From the NCBI GenBank assembly GCA_036496075.1, contig DASXLR010000149.1, positions 9,877-73,876 on the forward strand: DNA of 64,000 nt, written 5' to 3'. The number at the start of each line of letters is the position of its first letter. The first letter of the stretch is position 1. The notes below the pieces were generated by a model. It saw only the letters and a program-made list of their open reading frames with translations. It ran no database searches and had not been told where the DNA came from. Source of the stretch: Paenibacillus sp. Lineage in GTDB: Bacteria > Bacillota > Bacilli > Paenibacillales > Paenibacillaceae. The position numbers and the translations under genes are program-made. Of the stretch, positions 62,306 to 64,000 are shown one piece after another.

Positions 62306-64000
62306 GTGAATATAAGGAAATTTTATCACAATCATTTACAGCGAAAACTGTTCAATAAAATTTTAGCTATATATTCAGTTATCATCATGATTACGTTGAT
62401 AGCAGCATCATTTACTGTTTATAAGTATTATGAACAGGCGATCACCCGCCAACAAGTAGATGCCAATCGGGAGGTGCTGGATTACGTGAGTCTGTACATG
62501 AATCAGCAGTACGAGAGTACTCAATTGGCTATCCAACAAATTTATAGCGATGCATCTTTAAGTGAGGATTTGACGTATTTCTTGCAACAAGATTATGAGG
62601 CATATCTTACATACCGTTTAAACCGATATGTAGAGGGTGGGAGCTTTATACCACGTACTTTCGATACCTTTTTCAAAACGTATCTAGCGCAGCAAAAAGG
62701 CGTTCAGAATATCATCTTATACAGTACAGAGAAGAAATTTTATTATGTATATAACAATAGGACACGGCAGTTCTACACGAGTAACATAAATATTCCTGAG
62801 CAAAAAGTGCCTATACCGAACAACGGATGGCTCTCACGGGATAATAACCCATTTCTTTCAGATGTAAGAGCAGATAATAAAAATTTGTATACGATGACTA
62901 GGGAAATTAGGGATCCTATTTCAATGAAAACGATTGGTGTGCTCATGATTGATTTTGATTCCGAGTCTATCTCTAAATGGATTGGTCCGAAGCGTGCAGA
63001 GCAAAATGGACAACTGCTGGTTCTAACACCAGCCGGTGATGTCATTTACGACTCGATGAAACGGTATATCGGACAGCATTATCCCTATATGGAGGGTCTT
63101 TATTCGACGGGTTGGGCTGCACTGGAGGAGCCTTCTAAGGTTAACTTAAATACAACGAATAGCTCAGGTCTTATTATAGCGGGGATTATTCCAAGGTCAC
63201 AAATACATGAAGATATAAGTGTCGTACAGAATTGGATTATCGGAATAACGGTTATACTCATTATCACAGCCATGGTGATCACTTACGGAATTATTTTACG
63301 TTTTTCTAAAAAAGTAAAGATCATTATTAAAGCGATGAAACGGCTACAAGAAGGCGATTTAACCGCACGTATTCATCTCCATAGGGAGGATGAATTGCAG
63401 CTCATTGCCAACAATTTCAACTACATATGTGAAAGATTAGAACTGTATATTAATAAGGTTTATGTCTCGGAAATTATGCAGAAAAATGCTGAACTTGTTG
63501 CTTTTCAATCGCAGATTAATCCGCATTTTTTATATAATACGCTTGAGGCCATCCGGATGCGAGCCATTTCGCAAGGGGCGAAAGATGTGGGTCAGATGAT
63601 TTATATTTTATCGACATTGTTCCGTAGTATAGTCAAGAAGGGCATGATCGTGACTCTCGCCGATGAAATTGAATATTGTAAGTCATATCTTGAGTTGTTT
63701 CAGATTAGACATGAGAATAGGCTCCAAATTGAGTCGCAGGTAAGTGATATAGTCATGAATTACTCTATCGTGAAGCTACTTATTCAACCCATTATTGAGA
63801 ATTATATTGTTCACGGATTCCAACCTGATCTTTCCGATAATCTGATACGTATTGAGGTTGTTGAATCAGACGGAACGATTCAAATTATTGTAAGCGATAA
63901 CGGAATCGGCATAATCCCCAGTAAACTGGCGGAGTTACAGGAAATGCTTCAAGCAAGTATACGAATGGATGAACCACCCTCCTCGGTGGGACTGTGTAAT
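62306..64000 (+). CDS. YesM-type sensor histidine kinase, 3'-partial (not in the ORF track)
   Basis: Frame from GTG 62306 reads MNIRKFY..KLFNKILAIYS, two TM helices, HAMP, QSQINPHFLYNTLE, IQPIIENY..HG, SDNGIG. Confidence 0.9.
   Translation, partial: MNIRKFYHNHLQRKLFNKILAIYSVIIMITLIAASFTVYKYYEQAITRQQVDANREVLDYVSLYMNQQYESTQLAIQQIYSDASLSEDLTYFLQQDYEAYLTYRLNRYVEGGSFIPRTFDTFFKTYLAQQKGVQNIILYSTEKKFYYVYNNRTRQFYTSNINIPEQKVPIPNNGWLSRDNNPFLSDVRADNKNLYTMTREIRDPISMKTIGVLMIDFDSESISKWIGPKRAEQNGQLLVLTPAGDVIYDSMKRYIGQHYPYMEGLYSTGWAALEEPSKVNLNTTNSSGLIIAGIIPRSQIHEDISVVQNWIIGITVILIITAMVITYGIILRFSKKVKIIIKAMKRLQEGDLTARIHLHREDELQLIANNFNYICERLELYINKVYVSEIMQKNAELVAFQSQINPHFLYNTLEAIRMRAISQGAKDVGQMIYILSTLFRSIVKKGMIVTLADEIEYCKSYLELFQIRHENRLQIESQVSDIVMNYSIVKLLIQPIIENYIVHGFQPDLSDNLIRIEVVESDGTIQIIVSDNGIGIIPSKLAELQEMLQASIRMDEPPSSVGLCN

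Overview
Bacillales DNA, most consistent with a Paenibacillus chromosome (inferred from gene content, SLH protein, sigmaA/ECF promoters and Per, cre and LexA-like boxes). Positions 1-8.3 kb are the tail of a polymorphic toxin/immunity locus. It holds a 5'-truncated VgrG/gp5-spike-like protein fused to a HExxH metallopeptidase toxin, orphan toxin remnants (YwqJ-type deaminase, EndoU-type RNase), several immunity genes, endonuclease V and repeated cassette-boundary elements. Next come a split feoAB system, an AT-rich GT2 / acyltransferase / GH18 operon behind a structured leader, and a beta-1,2-glucan utilisation cluster. The middle has two degenerate surface-protein genes, katA, a beta-propeller protein, a TetR/SDR pair, a nucleoside ABC operon with a molybdo-oxidoreductase and a phosphorylase, and DegV. 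The right part has a ubiquitin-like small protein with a giant DUF4132 protein behind a LexA-like box, an attenuator-controlled hflX paralogue, an SLH protein, yrrT-mccA-mccB and the start of an N-glycan utilisation locus (GH85, GH38, sensor kinase). I saw no rRNA, tRNA or CRISPR array. All family calls come from motif recognition by eye, not database searches.
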